A stretch of DNA of 64,000 nt from Clostridia bacterium (GCA_017404545.1 JAFRCC010000022.1:8750-72749); one strand, 5' to 3'. Positions 37,743 through 48,817 are shown, counted from the stretch's first letter. Made by a program: numbers and translations. The notes: generated by a model from the sequence alone, not told the origin.

Positions 37743-38651
37743 CTACATATTTCTAATTAGCAAATAATATTTTATCTTTTCTTTTATACTATTCATCTTA
37801 ACAATAGAATAATTACGTCTATACTTTATTAAATCATTTTTTATTATTTTTTTTTCTTCATCACTAAAAGATTTACCTGCAACATAACTCTTTACAATAT
37901 TCAAGTAATGATTAATTGCAAACTTCTCATACTTTGTATTTTCATATTTTTTTATAAGATCTGAGCAATAGAAAATTTCATCTTTATATTTTTCGTTTGC
38001 TCTGGACAAACTATTTTCATTTATCACATATATATACCCATAAAAAGGTATCAACTTTATCTTTTTCGATATGCTAATATAGTCAATCAAGAATTTGTGA
38101 TCTTCAGCAATACTCATCTTTTCATCAAACTTAACCCTTTTTGCTAACTCTGTTTTATACATCTTTCCCCATGGAGTTGATTGAAAGAATTTATCTGAAA
38201 GTAGCATCTCAACAGCTCTTTTGTAATTAACACATCGAGCCATAAATAATCTGTTAAACTTTTTTGACGAATTATTTTTTATTATTATTGCATTAGATAT
38301 AACTAAGTCATTATCCCCCATATTGTTATATAATGTTGATATATAATCCTTCCTTATATAATCATCCGCATCGATAAACGTTATAAATATTCCTCTTGCT
38401 TGTTTAATTCCAATATTTCTTGCACTTGATACACCACCATTTTCTTTTCTTATAATTTTAATTCGCTCGTCTTTTTTTTTCATTTCATTACACTTTATGT
38501 ATGTATCATCAGTTGAACCATCATCAACTAAAATTATCTCAATATTCTCATATGTTTGGCATATTATAGAATTTACGCACCTCTCAATTGTATTTTTACA
38601 ATTATACATCGGAATAACAACACTTATACACTTATTCATTGCTTTCACCAC
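37743..38651 (-). CDS. Family 2 glycosyltransferase
   Basis: ISVVIPMYNCKNTIERCVNSIICQTYENIEIILVDDGSTDDT. Confidence 0.8.
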   Translation of the reverse strand: MVKAMNKCISVVIPMYNCKNTIERCVNSIICQTYENIEIILVDDGSTDDTYIKCNEMKKKDERIKIIRKENGGVSSARNIGIKQARGIFITFIDADDYIRKDYISTLYNNMGDNDLVISNAIIIKNNSSKKFNRLFMARCVNYKRAVEMLLSDKFFQSTPWGKMYKTELAKRVKFDEKMSIAEDHKFLIDYISISKKIKLIPFYGYIYVINENSLSRANEKYKDEIFYCSDLIKKYENTKYEKFAINHYLNIVKSYVAGKSFSDEEKKIIKNDLIKYRRNYSIVKMNSIKEKIKYYLLIRNM

Positions 38652-39747
38652 CTGTAATTATATTTTCATAATAGTTATATACCTTCTTAAAACATTCATT
38701 TGAATTATACTTACTTGATATTTTTTCTAATACATCTTTATCCCTAATTTTAGAATTTTCAAGAGCAACTTTTGACCATTCCTCTGCATTGCTACCGTTT
38801 TTTAAATCAACAAATCTTACATTACCAGAAATATTACAATCCTTATCAATATTATTTGAAACCAAACACATTAAACCATTTACCTGAGCTTCCACAAGGC
38901 TTATGCTAAGACCTTCAAATAAAGATGGCATTATAAAGACATCCATCGCTGAATATATTTTATTAGCATCCATCCTTTTACCTAATAACAAGACTTTGTC
39001 TTTTATCTTATATTCATCAATCTTTCTTTTTATATCATTTTCTAAAGAACCTTCTCCAATCATAATTAATGCTGATTTTTCATTTTTCTTTTGATACTCG
39101 TAAAATATATCTATTAAAAATAATGGATTTTTCTGTGCTTCCAATTTAGCTACGCTTCCAACAATATATGTATCGTTATCAATACTTAATTCTTTCCTTA
39201 TTGTTTCTCGATTTGTTTTACTAAATCTATATCTATCAATATCAATTCCATTATCAAATACCTCAAAATTATCATTCTTAAATAGAAATTGACCTGCCTC
39301 TATTCCGCATGCAACTTGGTAGTAATTAGCATTCCTTATTTTTTTCATTCCTATATAATTTAATAATTTTGTTTTTATCGAAACTCCATCAAATGGACCA
39401 GCATTGTGAGAGTGAAGTATAAGTTTAATGTTAGACTTCTTAGCTTGTACAATCGGCTCATACCAACTATATGACATTATACTATAATGTATACAATCAA
39501 ATTTTTCATTTTCATATACTTCTCTTATTTCATTTTTATGTTTTCTTCTGTTGACCCTCCTATTTGTGAGCTTATATATCTTTATTCCCATACTAATCAT
39601 TTCATCTTCAAATGCCATTTTATCTTTATTTGGATATAAAAAGCAAAATTCAAATTTATTTCTGTCAGCATTTTTAACAAGATTATATAAATACGTCTCG
39701 ATTCCTCCAATGTTGTGTGACATACCAACCAATAATATTTTATACAT
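38632..39747 (-). CDS. Family 4 glycosyltransferase
   Basis: VAKLEAQKNP...VFIMPSLFEGLSISLVEAQVNG. Confidence 0.8.
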   Translation of the reverse strand: MYKILLVGMSHNIGGIETYLYNLVKNADRNKFEFCFLYPNKDKMAFEDEMISMGIKIYKLTNRRVNRRKHKNEIREVYENEKFDCIHYSIMSYSWYEPIVQAKKSNIKLILHSHNAGPFDGVSIKTKLLNYIGMKKIRNANYYQVACGIEAGQFLFKNDNFEVFDNGIDIDRYRFSKTNRETIRKELSIDNDTYIVGSVAKLEAQKNPLFLIDIFYEYQKKNEKSALIMIGEGSLENDIKRKIDEYKIKDKVLLLGKRMDANKIYSAMDVFIMPSLFEGLSISLVEAQVNGLMCLVSNNIDKDCNISGNVRFVDLKNGSNAEEWSKVALENSKIRDKDVLEKISSKYNSNECFKKVYNYYENIITGGESNE

Positions 39748-40816
39748 TGTTTAATCTCTCCTTGTCCTTTTCAAAATTTATTCTAGTGATTTCAAGGATT
39801 ATAAGAATTAAAGCAGATTCATGTCTAACAAAAGAACCAAAATCAGGCTCAAATATAATTGATACCATAAAGAAACTTATTACTGTTATAATCCAAAGAC
39901 AATTTGACTCATTCATTTTTTTGCAACTTCCTATTATATTTATCGTAATAAATATTTGGTACATACAAAAAGCAATTTGTATAGGTCCTTTAACAAACAA
40001 TTCCACTGGAAACATTAATCTAATTGTATTTATTAAGTAATTTCCCATAAATTTAAAATAGTTAGTATTTAGACCTAAAACATCGTTAATAATAGTATTA
40101 GCAGCTGTATCATTTGTTCTCCACATATTAACACCTGATCTTGCATGCAATATAGCATTGTAGTTTTCTGTGGAAATAATTTGAACAATAAAAACTTCTC
40201 CAAAGAAAACGCATAAAGATAAACAGATAATCTTTATAAATTGTTTTTTATTAAGACTTTTATTTTTTATAAACAATTCATATATTGCATATATTGATAT
40301 AATAAGCATCGCCATTATGGCATAATAAACTCTAAAATTTACAGCTTCATACAACAATACAGCACATGAAAATATGATTTTTTTTATATTTCCTATTTTC
40401 TTACTTGATAAAATTAAATATATAGCAAAAAAATAAATAAATTGAATTATATCTTTGCTCAAACCTAAAACATATACATCCAATAACGTAAAACTTGCAA
40501 TTATAAAAAGATACTGCCATGAATTATAATCTTTCTTCTTCGCTATAATACTAATTAGTATTGGCATGAATACAATAGCTACAAAAAATCCCCATTGTTG
40601 TATATTATCAAAACCTAAAATATTGATTCCGTTAAATATATTAGCAGTATATGTATACGCCGTATCTGTATATGCCGTTCCGTTCATTACGCCTAATATA
40701 TGTAGTGCATCAAAAAAATATTTGGCAGGCAATATGTCATACATAAATATTTTCAAAAAAATAGTTTCAATAATAACGAATGCTAGAACATAAAATAAAT
40801 TTTTACTCATTTTCAT
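39740..40816 (-). CDS. Wzy-type O-antigen/polysaccharide polymerase (polytopic membrane protein)
   Basis: 358 aa with at least 9 hydrophobic segments, located inside the glycosyltransferase block. Confidence 0.55.
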   Translation of the reverse strand: MKMSKNLFYVLAFVIIETIFLKIFMYDILPAKYFFDALHILGVMNGTAYTDTAYTYTANIFNGINILGFDNIQQWGFFVAIVFMPILISIIAKKKDYNSWQYLFIIASFTLLDVYVLGLSKDIIQFIYFFAIYLILSSKKIGNIKKIIFSCAVLLYEAVNFRVYYAIMAMLIISIYAIYELFIKNKSLNKKQFIKIICLSLCVFFGEVFIVQIISTENYNAILHARSGVNMWRTNDTAANTIINDVLGLNTNYFKFMGNYLINTIRLMFPVELFVKGPIQIAFCMYQIFITINIIGSCKKMNESNCLWIITVISFFMVSIIFEPDFGSFVRHESALILIILEITRINFEKDKERLNNV

Positions 40817-40820
40817 AATA

Positions 40821-41888
40821 TCACATCTCCATCTTGTATATTTGCTTAATTTTCTCCTTATAATTTTCTATGTTATTTATTTCTTTCGATTTTCTAGCCA
40901 CATTTTCACTCATTCGTGCAAGTTTATCTGGATTATCTAATAGCTCTATAATTTTTCTACTTAACATAGTATCGTCATCTGAATAAAATCCAGTTTCATT
41001 ATTATCTATAATATCTAAAAGACCATCTGTTGGAGTACTAATAATTGGCTTTTCAAGTGCCATAGCTTCTAAAGCACACATTGGAGTACCTTCATATCTG
41101 GACGTCATTACCATCATTTTTGAAGAATTTAATACCTTGTATGGATTGTCTATATATCCGTATAAAACTATGTTATCTTTTAATTTATTGTTTAAAATAT
41201 AATTTTTAACCTCTTCTTCAAGCTCTCCATTTCCAATAATAGCTACTCTTATATCTGATTTTTTTTCTTTAATCATTTTTATGATACTAAGTAATCTAAT
41301 TGGATTTTTAGGATATGACAATCTGCCAAGGTATACAATATCATATTTTTCATATTCATTTTTATCTTCACTAATCCTACTATAAAGTCTTTCCACATCA
41401 ATTGCATTATATATTATCTCGGATTTATTCATAATATTTTCTTTGTATTTATAGTTGTCCAAAGCACTTTTCGATACCCAAATAATCTTATCTAACTTTT
41501 TTGTTACTTTGTTAAACAAGACCGTTTTAGGCGTTATTTTTCTCATATTTTCATGGTTTCCATGTACATGTCCAACAACTTTTGCTCTTTTAGAAAAAAA
41601 CGATGCAATAATGATTGCTCTAACATCATGTGCATGGATTATATCTGGGTTTAACTCATCTATGGCCCTCTTCACATTTGAATAATTAAATTTTTTTAAT
41701 TCGTAATAGTTAATAACTCTGTCGTCTAAAAATTTTTTGTTTTCATTAATTTCTGAAACATATATCATTTTGCAATTTGCATCATCTTTGAATGCATTTA
41801 TAATTTGGCAAGCAACATTTTCAGCCCCTGAAAATGCATGTGTACTCATTAGATGAATTACCTTCATTTTATTCCTCCTTTCGTTCAA
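40821..41888 (-). CDS. Family 4 glycosyltransferase
   Basis: LGRLSYPKNP...MVMTSRYEGTPMCALEAMALEKP. Confidence 0.8.
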   Translation of the reverse strand: MNERRNKMKVIHLMSTHAFSGAENVACQIINAFKDDANCKMIYVSEINENKKFLDDRVINYYELKKFNYSNVKRAIDELNPDIIHAHDVRAIIIASFFSKRAKVVGHVHGNHENMRKITPKTVLFNKVTKKLDKIIWVSKSALDNYKYKENIMNKSEIIYNAIDVERLYSRISEDKNEYEKYDIVYLGRLSYPKNPIRLLSIIKMIKEKKSDIRVAIIGNGELEEEVKNYILNNKLKDNIVLYGYIDNPYKVLNSSKMMVMTSRYEGTPMCALEAMALEKPIISTPTDGLLDIIDNNETGFYSDDDTMLSRKIIELLDNPDKLARMSENVARKSKEINNIENYKEKIKQIYKMEM

Positions 41889-42414
41889 TGCTCTTTATAG
41901 TAGTCTCTCTTTTTTGATAAACGACTGATGAATCAGCAATATCCTCTTTAACAATTGTTCCTGCAGCAATAACCACGTTATTACCTATATGAACTCCTTT
42001 CAAAATAATACAGTTTGCTCCAATCCATACGTTATTTCCGATTTTTATATCATCCTTGATGAAATTATTAATATCATTTTTATAATCATGATCATGGTCA
42101 AATAACATTACATTTTGTCCAAATATAACGTTGTTTCCTATATCAATATTTTTTTTACAATTCACGGAGCAATTATCATTAAAAAAAACACTTTCACCAA
42201 TATGTACAATTCCTTTGTCATACACTCTTATAGAAACATCGTTTCTAGTTCTAAAATTCTTACCGACAATTAATTTTGAATTTTTCTTTATAGCTATTTT
42301 AAAATTATGATTCATCTTTGGAATTCCTGTAAAACTAATTCTTGAAATGTAAAATACTTTATAAACTAGTACTTTCATAATTCCAAACATCAAACTTATA
42401 TATTCAAAAATCAT
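41869..42414 (-). CDS. Hexapeptide-repeat sugar O-acetyltransferase
   Basis: Left-handed beta-helix repeats IGNNVIFGQNVMLF...IGNNVWIGANCIILKGVHIGNNVVIAAGT. Confidence 0.75.
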   Translation of the reverse strand: MIFEYISLMFGIMKVLVYKVFYISRISFTGIPKMNHNFKIAIKKNSKLIVGKNFRTRNDVSIRVYDKGIVHIGESVFFNDNCSVNCKKNIDIGNNVIFGQNVMLFDHDHDYKNDINNFIKDDIKIGNNVWIGANCIILKGVHIGNNVVIAAGTIVKEDIADSSVVYQKRETTIKSIERKEE

Positions 42415-43400
42415 TTTATTTCCTTCTTTCTTCCTAGTACAAATTGGAAATACTTATTTACAACACCAGTCAGTATTGTAAGTACGATAATACTCGTAAT
42501 CATTTTTAGCCCAATTATTGCATATTCTTTTTCAATTTTTCCCCTCGTTATCTCATCAAATATAGAAAATACTATTGTATGCCATACATAGAAAACCATA
42601 CTATTTTTTCCAATAAATGAAAGTACTTTTGCTTTCTTAATTTTCTTAAATAAAATAAGCAACCAGCTAATCTGTGCAAATGCTGTTAAATAATATAATG
42701 TAAAAGAGCCAATTTTATCTAAGTCTAAATCAAAATGATATCCAAGAATCTTGAAGCTGATAAAGCATAATGAATTTCCCATAATTATATATAATAAAAT
42801 AAAAAGTTTGTTTTCATTAACCTTTAACCTGTTATTCTTGTACAAGTATCCTGCATAAATGAAAGGTAAAATCAAAAAAACTAAATCCATACTATATGGT
42901 AAAACTACAACACTAAGAAAATTTACAGCAATTCTTAAATATAGGAAATTAATTATTGCAGATAAAAATAGTACTGGAACTATTTTCTTAGTTTTATCCT
43001 GTAATAACTTTATAACAAGATATAAAACTATCTCTGATATAAATAACGCTACTAAGAACCATGCTATATCCGTTCCCTGTCCACGCATTTGTAAAATTAT
43101 TCCTAGAATAATATTCTTTACAGTCAGCTGTAATTTTCCCATAGCAACATTTATTATAATCTGAATGAACTCAAAAACTAACCCTGGAACTATCAATGTC
43201 CTTATTTTTCTTTTAATAAATGTTTTAAAATCATACTTTTCAATTGAAAAAGTTACCCCTGATAAAAAAAAGAATAGTGGCATATGGAATGAGTATATCC
43301 ATATTTTAAGCCACTCAGGAGTCTGACTAATATGTCCCAACATAACTGTCAGTATTAAAAAGCCTTTCACTATATCTAACCATTGAATTCTTTGTTTCAT
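42411..43400 (-). CDS. Acyltransferase family 3 membrane O-acyltransferase
   Basis: MKQRIQWLDIVKGFLILTVMLGHIS..., polytopic. Confidence 0.7.
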   Translation of the reverse strand: MKQRIQWLDIVKGFLILTVMLGHISQTPEWLKIWIYSFHMPLFFFLSGVTFSIEKYDFKTFIKRKIRTLIVPGLVFEFIQIIINVAMGKLQLTVKNIILGIILQMRGQGTDIAWFLVALFISEIVLYLVIKLLQDKTKKIVPVLFLSAIINFLYLRIAVNFLSVVVLPYSMDLVFLILPFIYAGYLYKNNRLKVNENKLFILLYIIMGNSLCFISFKILGYHFDLDLDKIGSFTLYYLTAFAQISWLLILFKKIKKAKVLSFIGKNSMVFYVWHTIVFSIFDEITRGKIEKEYAIIGLKMITSIIVLTILTGVVNKYFQFVLGRKKEIK

Positions 43401-43417
43401 ATTCTTTCTCCATATTA

Positions 43418-44500
43418 TTATTTATATAATTCTATATACTTCTTGCTCATATTCTCTATGTTGTATTCGTTTATAATATCATCATTTGCTTTGTTTGAAA
43501 TTTCAGTTAGGTTGTATTTGTTGTTCATAATTCCTTCAATAACCTTTCTGTAATCATCTAAATCGTCGCAAACAAATCCATTTTGTTCATTATGTATTAC
43601 ATCTCTATTTCCAATAACATTACTTACTATACAAATCTTTTTTAAATACATTGCCTCTAATAGAGCTATTGGTAGGCCTTCCCATAGTGATGGTAGTATA
43701 AATATATCCGCTTCGTTTACTTTATTTAAAACAATATCTCTTGCTGCCCAACCTGTAAGCTCTATATTTTTACTTGTAAGCTTATCTTTTAGCTCTCCAT
43801 CACCTATCCATACAAAATGCACATTTGGAAAGCTCTCTGCTATTTTATTAAATAGCTCCGGATTCTTTTGAAATCCTATTCTTCCTACTGTGCATATCTT
43901 TAAATCTTTCGTATTAACTTCTTGCTTTGGCTTAGATGTTAATAATTTGTCTATTTCTTTTACATTAACTCCATTATTTACATATATACTATTTTTAGTA
44001 ATCTTAAGAGACTCTTTATATTCACCTTCTGAACAAGCAACTATCTTACATTTTCTTCTCCACATTGCTGCAGCTTTCTCAATTGATTTATATACAAATC
44101 TTTTTAGCTTTGAATCATCTTGTTTTAAAAATGAATATCCATGTGGTGTATAGAATAGCTTCCTGTTCTTACTGTTTATTACTAATCTACCAACTATTCC
44201 TGCTTTAGATGAATGCATATGTACTATATCTGGCTTTTCTTGTTTTATTATTTGTCTAACTTCTTTACAAGCTTTAATATCTTTAACACCAATACTTCTT
44301 GTAAAGTTTTTAACTTCTATAAATTTAATTCTTTTATCAAAATACTCTTCGAAGTTTTGTGGAGTTTGCTTTCTTTTAGCATACGCAATTACTACGTCAA
44401 ATTCATCGCATGTACTATTTGCAAGCTCTACTAAAAATGTAAATACTCCTCCACCAAAAGCTTCTACTAAGTGTAATACTTTCTTTTTATTTTCAGGCAT
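43418..44500 (-). CDS. Family 4 glycosyltransferase
   Basis: VGRIGFQKNP...IFILPSLWEGLPIALLEAMYLKK. Confidence 0.8.
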   Translation of the reverse strand: MPENKKKVLHLVEAFGGGVFTFLVELANSTCDEFDVVIAYAKRKQTPQNFEEYFDKRIKFIEVKNFTRSIGVKDIKACKEVRQIIKQEKPDIVHMHSSKAGIVGRLVINSKNRKLFYTPHGYSFLKQDDSKLKRFVYKSIEKAAAMWRRKCKIVACSEGEYKESLKITKNSIYVNNGVNVKEIDKLLTSKPKQEVNTKDLKICTVGRIGFQKNPELFNKIAESFPNVHFVWIGDGELKDKLTSKNIELTGWAARDIVLNKVNEADIFILPSLWEGLPIALLEAMYLKKICIVSNVIGNRDVIHNEQNGFVCDDLDDYRKVIEGIMNNKYNLTEISNKANDDIINEYNIENMSKKYIELYK

Positions 44501-44537
44501 TGTCTAATCCCTTTCCTATATCTTAGGCCTATACTTT

Positions 44538-45290
44538 CTACCTTGCCCCTTTGTTTTGCAATACAGATAAAAATGTTTTGAAGAATATTTTTATATCAAA
44601 CACTATGCTTTTGTGCTCTTTATAAAATCTATCTAATCTACATCTATTTACAAAACCTATATCACTTCTACCTTCTACTTGCCATAAACCTGTTAGCCCC
44701 GGCTTGCAAGCTATAACATCTGTATAGTACTCACCCATATCTTCTTTTTCTCTTGGTAAATATGGACGTGGACCTACTACAGTCATATCACCCTTAAGTA
44801 TATTTACAAACTGGGCAAATTCATCAAGGCTTGTTTTTCTAATAAATTTACCAACTTTTGTTACTCTTGGATCATTTTGTAACTTTTTATGGGTAAGATA
44901 TTCTTCTTTTATTTTTGGATCCTTCGCCATTAGATCTTCTAATACCTTTTCTGCATTTGGTACCATAGAGCGTATTTTGTATATATTTATTTCTTTTCCA
45001 TTCTTTCCAATACGTTTTTGTTTAAATATAATGCTTTCTCTATCTCCTTGAAATAGATTAGCCACTTTAACAAATAGCATTATTGGTAGTAAACATAATG
45101 TTCCTATAAGTCCAACCATAATATCGAATGCTCTTTTTAAGAAACTATATGAGCCCCTTTTGGTATTGTACTTTGCAATTTGTATAAATCTAAATGCCCT
45201 TGAATAACTTTTTAGTGTTTTTAAGTTCTCCTTAGCTAGCGATTTAACATCTTGCTGATTTTCTATATAATCAGCTACTGCCTTGTCCAT
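44538..45290 (-). CDS. Undecaprenyl-phosphate sugar phosphotransferase (WbaP/CpsE C-terminal domain type), initiating enzyme
   Basis: VGPRPYLPRE...KPGLTGLWQVEGRSDIGF is the bacterial sugar transferase signature. First gene of the minus-strand polysaccharide operon. Confidence 0.8.
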   Translation of the reverse strand: MDKAVADYIENQQDVKSLAKENLKTLKSYSRAFRFIQIAKYNTKRGSYSFLKRAFDIMVGLIGTLCLLPIMLFVKVANLFQGDRESIIFKQKRIGKNGKEINIYKIRSMVPNAEKVLEDLMAKDPKIKEEYLTHKKLQNDPRVTKVGKFIRKTSLDEFAQFVNILKGDMTVVGPRPYLPREKEDMGEYYTDVIACKPGLTGLWQVEGRSDIGFVNRCRLDRFYKEHKSIVFDIKIFFKTFLSVLQNKGAR

Positions 45291-45581
45291 TATTTTGCCC
45301 CCCGTTTTACTTTCCTTGTCTTGTTCTTTTGTGTTTTCTTAGCTTCAACAACCCCTGAAAAAATTTATGTAAAATGCTTTTATCTTATGCAATTTCCGTT
45401 CATCACGTATACGGAAAATTTTATCATATGAGTATCGATATTTCAAGGATTTTTCAGATATTTTTGTCATTTTTTGTATACTAATATATTATTTTCTAGA
45501 ATATGTATAATTCCGTAGAATTTCATATAATATAAAAAAGTAGAGCCCATAATTTGAGCTCCACTTTGAGAATTTTAGTTC

Positions 45582-45857
45582 TTATTCCTTGTTCCTAATG
45601 CACACCACATAACCAGCCGTTTTATTCTTTGGATTTCTTGATGTTTCTCTTACAACCCATCCATCTACTGGAGAATAGCCGCTGTATACTAATGAAATAT
45701 TCGCTATAGGTAAAATTAAAACATCTTCATGGTATCCTAACATTTTTAAACAACTGATTATTGCAACCTTCCGATTGCTCATTATGCGAGCATCTTGGGC
45801 AGCACGATACAATACATCAATCTTTTTATGCCTTTCTGCAGAGAAAAATCTTAACAT
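45582..45857 (-). CDS. Hypothetical small protein (91 aa)
   Basis: ORF only. Somewhat higher G+C than its neighbours. A hairpin plus T-run follows on the minus strand. Confidence 0.25.
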   Translation of the reverse strand: MLRFFSAERHKKIDVLYRAAQDARIMSNRKVAIISCLKMLGYHEDVLILPIANISLVYSGYSPVDGWVVRETSRNPKNKTAGYVVCIRNKE

Positions 45858-46054
45858 ATAAATCCTCCATTCTTGTAGCGATTATAGATATTATCTGTTA
45901 ATCTTGTACCATTTGTATACACCTTGTATATTATAACATATTTTTTTTACTAGTGAAAGTAAAAAAGCATTACCCTAACACATTGGTAATGCCTCCTCAT
46001 TATTTCTGTACATTATTTTTTTACTAAAATTTTAGTTTTATTCTTTCTTTAAAT

Positions 46055-46560
46055 TTATTTAATTCTTTCAATTTCCTCTTTTGTTAATTTTGTAATTTCC
46101 TCTATGGTTTCAATGCTAAAGCCTTTTTCCAGCATTCTCTTCGCAGTAGCCTTACGCCCTTCATATTCACCTCGCAGTTCAGCACTATACATATCACTAT
46201 TGTAGTCTATTCTCCATATTTCACGCTGCTCTGCCAGCTTGCGCTCTTCTTCGTCTTGGCTTATTTCTTCTAGCACTTTTCGAGCCTTTTCTATTTCTTC
46301 ATACATACTTGCCTCCTTTCCCAGCTCTAGATTCTTTATAAACCCAAGCCACTGCTCTAATTTTTCATTACCCTGTTGTTTAATATTAACTTCTAGTTTC
46401 TTTAACTCTATTATATGTAATTCAAATTTCGTTGTCAATATAATTGTTGAATACTCATCTTCTCGTATGTGCCATGAGGAATGGTACCTTTGTAGCCAAA
46501 AATTCTACAAAATACATAATCATTTGTAGGACTTAGTAATCGCTTTTCTTTTTGCATATA
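46055..46560 (-). pseudogene. Remnant of an Rpn/YhgA-like (PD-(D/E)XK putative transposase, TIGR01784-type) gene
   Basis: The C-terminal ORF (127 aa) ends KATAKRMLEKGFSIETIEEITKLTKEEIERIK. The N-terminal signature MQKEKRLLSPTNDYVFCRIFG is encoded at about 46548-46490 but is separated by stops. The nuclease core is missing. Confidence 0.5.
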
Positions 46561-46724
46561 AAATTCTCCTTTGGGATATATTTGGCTGGCCAGCCATAGA
46601 TTAAAATTTTTCATGAAATAAAAAAGAGAGCACTTATATTTCTATAAGTCTCCCTCGTCGGTTTATTATATTATTTTTTAACTCAAATTTCAAATATTTT
46701 CGTTCGTCTTTTTTTGACAAAATA

Positions 46725-47585
46725 TTATCTTATAATTTGAGAATGCTCTTCTAAAAGTTTTACTCTAACTACTTTTTTTTTAGCTTCTGCATATATAATA
46801 AAAGCCACACCCGCTATACAAAGTATAACGCCAACTGTATATAACTTTTGAATTACCTGGTTTGCCATTGCAATTAGAGTATTTGAAAATGCTTTATTTA
46901 GTAACAAAATATTATTAATTGCTACATTTGTACCTGAATATGTTTTTAAGAAAACAAATAGTGCCCCTGTTGAAAGCATACTTATCCCAATTGCAGGACT
47001 GCTTGTTTCTTTTGTTATAAGAGCAAGAACTATTGAAATTATTGCACAAACTATCATTGCAATTGGTGTTACTTTTTTAATTATCCCCACAACGTGTGCA
47101 ATTTGCTTTATTGTTTCTTCTGAGTACATAATGTTTCTCTTATATATATCTTCAATTGCATTTTCAAATTCGTCAATTCCCTTTTGGTTTTCTTCGCTTA
47201 TTTCATAGTCATTTGCTTCAACGTATTCTTTAATATTCTTATCTAAATTTGCTCTAATCATATTAGATTGAACTACATATTCTTTTCCTTCATATATGTA
47301 ATCTATTAAACCATCTACATCGTATTGTACATCATATACATTAACAACACCATCCATAATAGATTCGTCGAATCCAGATTGCATTACATAGTTTTGGCTT
47401 GATTCTACTATTATTTTCTGAAGCTCTGCGTAGTAATTTGATTCTGCTACTTTTTTCTTTACATTTAATGTGCTTAGTATTGTACAATTTAATGTTGTTA
47501 GAAGAATTGTTATAAATAAAAATATTACAAGAAAAATCGACAATATGTACGATATTATTCTTTTCTTTTTGCCCATTTTACTCAC
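46725..47585 (-). CDS. Hypothetical membrane protein
   Basis: N-terminal TM ISYILSIFLVIFLFITILL and C-terminal TM helices. Lies next to the sortase gene. Confidence 0.4.
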   Translation of the reverse strand: MSKMGKKKRIISYILSIFLVIFLFITILLTTLNCTILSTLNVKKKVAESNYYAELQKIIVESSQNYVMQSGFDESIMDGVVNVYDVQYDVDGLIDYIYEGKEYVVQSNMIRANLDKNIKEYVEANDYEISEENQKGIDEFENAIEDIYKRNIMYSEETIKQIAHVVGIIKKVTPIAMIVCAIISIVLALITKETSSPAIGISMLSTGALFVFLKTYSGTNVAINNILLLNKAFSNTLIAMANQVIQKLYTVGVILCIAGVAFIIYAEAKKKVVRVKLLEEHSQIIR

Positions 47586-47595
47586 CTATACTTTC

Positions 47596-48225
47596 TTAGT
47601 TTACTCTTTTTGCATACACAACAAATCTATCTGTTTTATGACCTAAGCCGGTTACAGGGTAGCATGTGTATAGCATTAATATTTCTTCATCTTTTTGTAC
47701 TGGTAATTCATCTACATTGTACATATTAACAATTTTTGTTTGAAAAACCTTATATTCGAAGTTACCATATGTTGTTTCAATTTCTATCAATGCATTTTTA
47801 TCTATTTCTGGTAATCTATATAAAAATGTTTTAGTGTTGTGACCCATGCATATTATAGCTCCACCTTCGCCTGGGAAATATGCACCACTGGATTGACCAA
47901 CACCATTTTTTAGTATTGATAGTTTATCACCATAATACAATGGTAAATTTATATCTAGTGATTCAATTTTTATATTTGCATATCTTGATCCATATTCAGG
48001 ATATTCTGCTATTTCTTTACTATTTTCATTAAATTTTATTTCTGATACTACATTGCTATTTGTATTAATTGAAACCATATCTACAAGCTCTATTGCCGAT
48101 TTTATTTGTTTACCAAATAATAAATTTACGCTGCCGATAAGGCCTATTACAATAATAGAAGCAACTATTAAGTCAATAATAATTGCTTCTACTTTTAGCC
48201 AATGTATCGATTTATGATTATGCAT
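47596..48225 (-). CDS. Sortase-family transpeptidase
   Basis: N-terminal membrane anchor. Candidate catalytic residues in ICMGHNTK (His), MLYTCYPV (TLxTC-like Cys) and VVYAKRV (Arg). Confidence 0.55.
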   Translation of the reverse strand: MHNHKSIHWLKVEAIIIDLIVASIIVIGLIGSVNLLFGKQIKSAIELVDMVSINTNSNVVSEIKFNENSKEIAEYPEYGSRYANIKIESLDINLPLYYGDKLSILKNGVGQSSGAYFPGEGGAIICMGHNTKTFLYRLPEIDKNALIEIETTYGNFEYKVFQTKIVNMYNVDELPVQKDEEILMLYTCYPVTGLGHKTDRFVVYAKRVN

Positions 48226-48817
48226 TTACGCTTAATGCATTCTTTCTTGCTACTATTAATGTAGCGCCGGCAACTAACACTACTCCTGCAACTGCTATGT
48301 ATACGTAGTTTGTAGATCCTGTTTGAACTAAAGCTGGTTCTGTTGTTCCTTTACCATTCTTTACTTCAACTCCCCAATATAATGAATCTATAAATTTTCC
48401 GTTTGCATCGTATATATCTAATCTTTCTTCTGAAGCATCATATGAAACTGTTAAGTTTAAAACTGCTGCTGCATCTTTTGCAAATTGTAATAATCTTTGT
48501 TTTTTCTCCTTAGTGCTCACCTTGTTTGGAGATTTAGCACCATCTTCGTTCATATACTTTACGGCTTCATCTATATAACCTTTTATTTTTTCTGCTTGTT
48601 CATCTGTAATTTCTGTTTTCTTGAAGAAGCTTTCTAATTTTGCTTTGTCTTTGCTTCTAATTATTAATTCTGTTCCTGTAAAATCTTTTTGTGTTGTCAT
48701 ATACTCTTGTAGATCTGCTTTTGAAAAAGCATGTGATTTTGTTGCAAATATTGTTGCTGCAACTAGTAATGTAGCTACTATAGCTGTTAATTTTTTTAAA
48801 GTTTTCATTTCAATCAT
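48218..48817 (-). CDS. Cell-surface protein with a sortase-type C-terminal sorting signal
   Basis: Signal peptide MKTLKKLTAIVATLLVAATIFA. C-terminal ...ALVQTGSTNYVYIAVAGVVLVAGATLIVARKNA (motif, hydrophobic segment, basic tail). Confidence 0.5.
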   Translation of the reverse strand: MIEMKTLKKLTAIVATLLVAATIFATKSHAFSKADLQEYMTTQKDFTGTELIIRSKDKAKLESFFKKTEITDEQAEKIKGYIDEAVKYMNEDGAKSPNKVSTKEKKQRLLQFAKDAAAVLNLTVSYDASEERLDIYDANGKFIDSLYWGVEVKNGKGTTEPALVQTGSTNYVYIAVAGVVLVAGATLIVARKNALSVNA

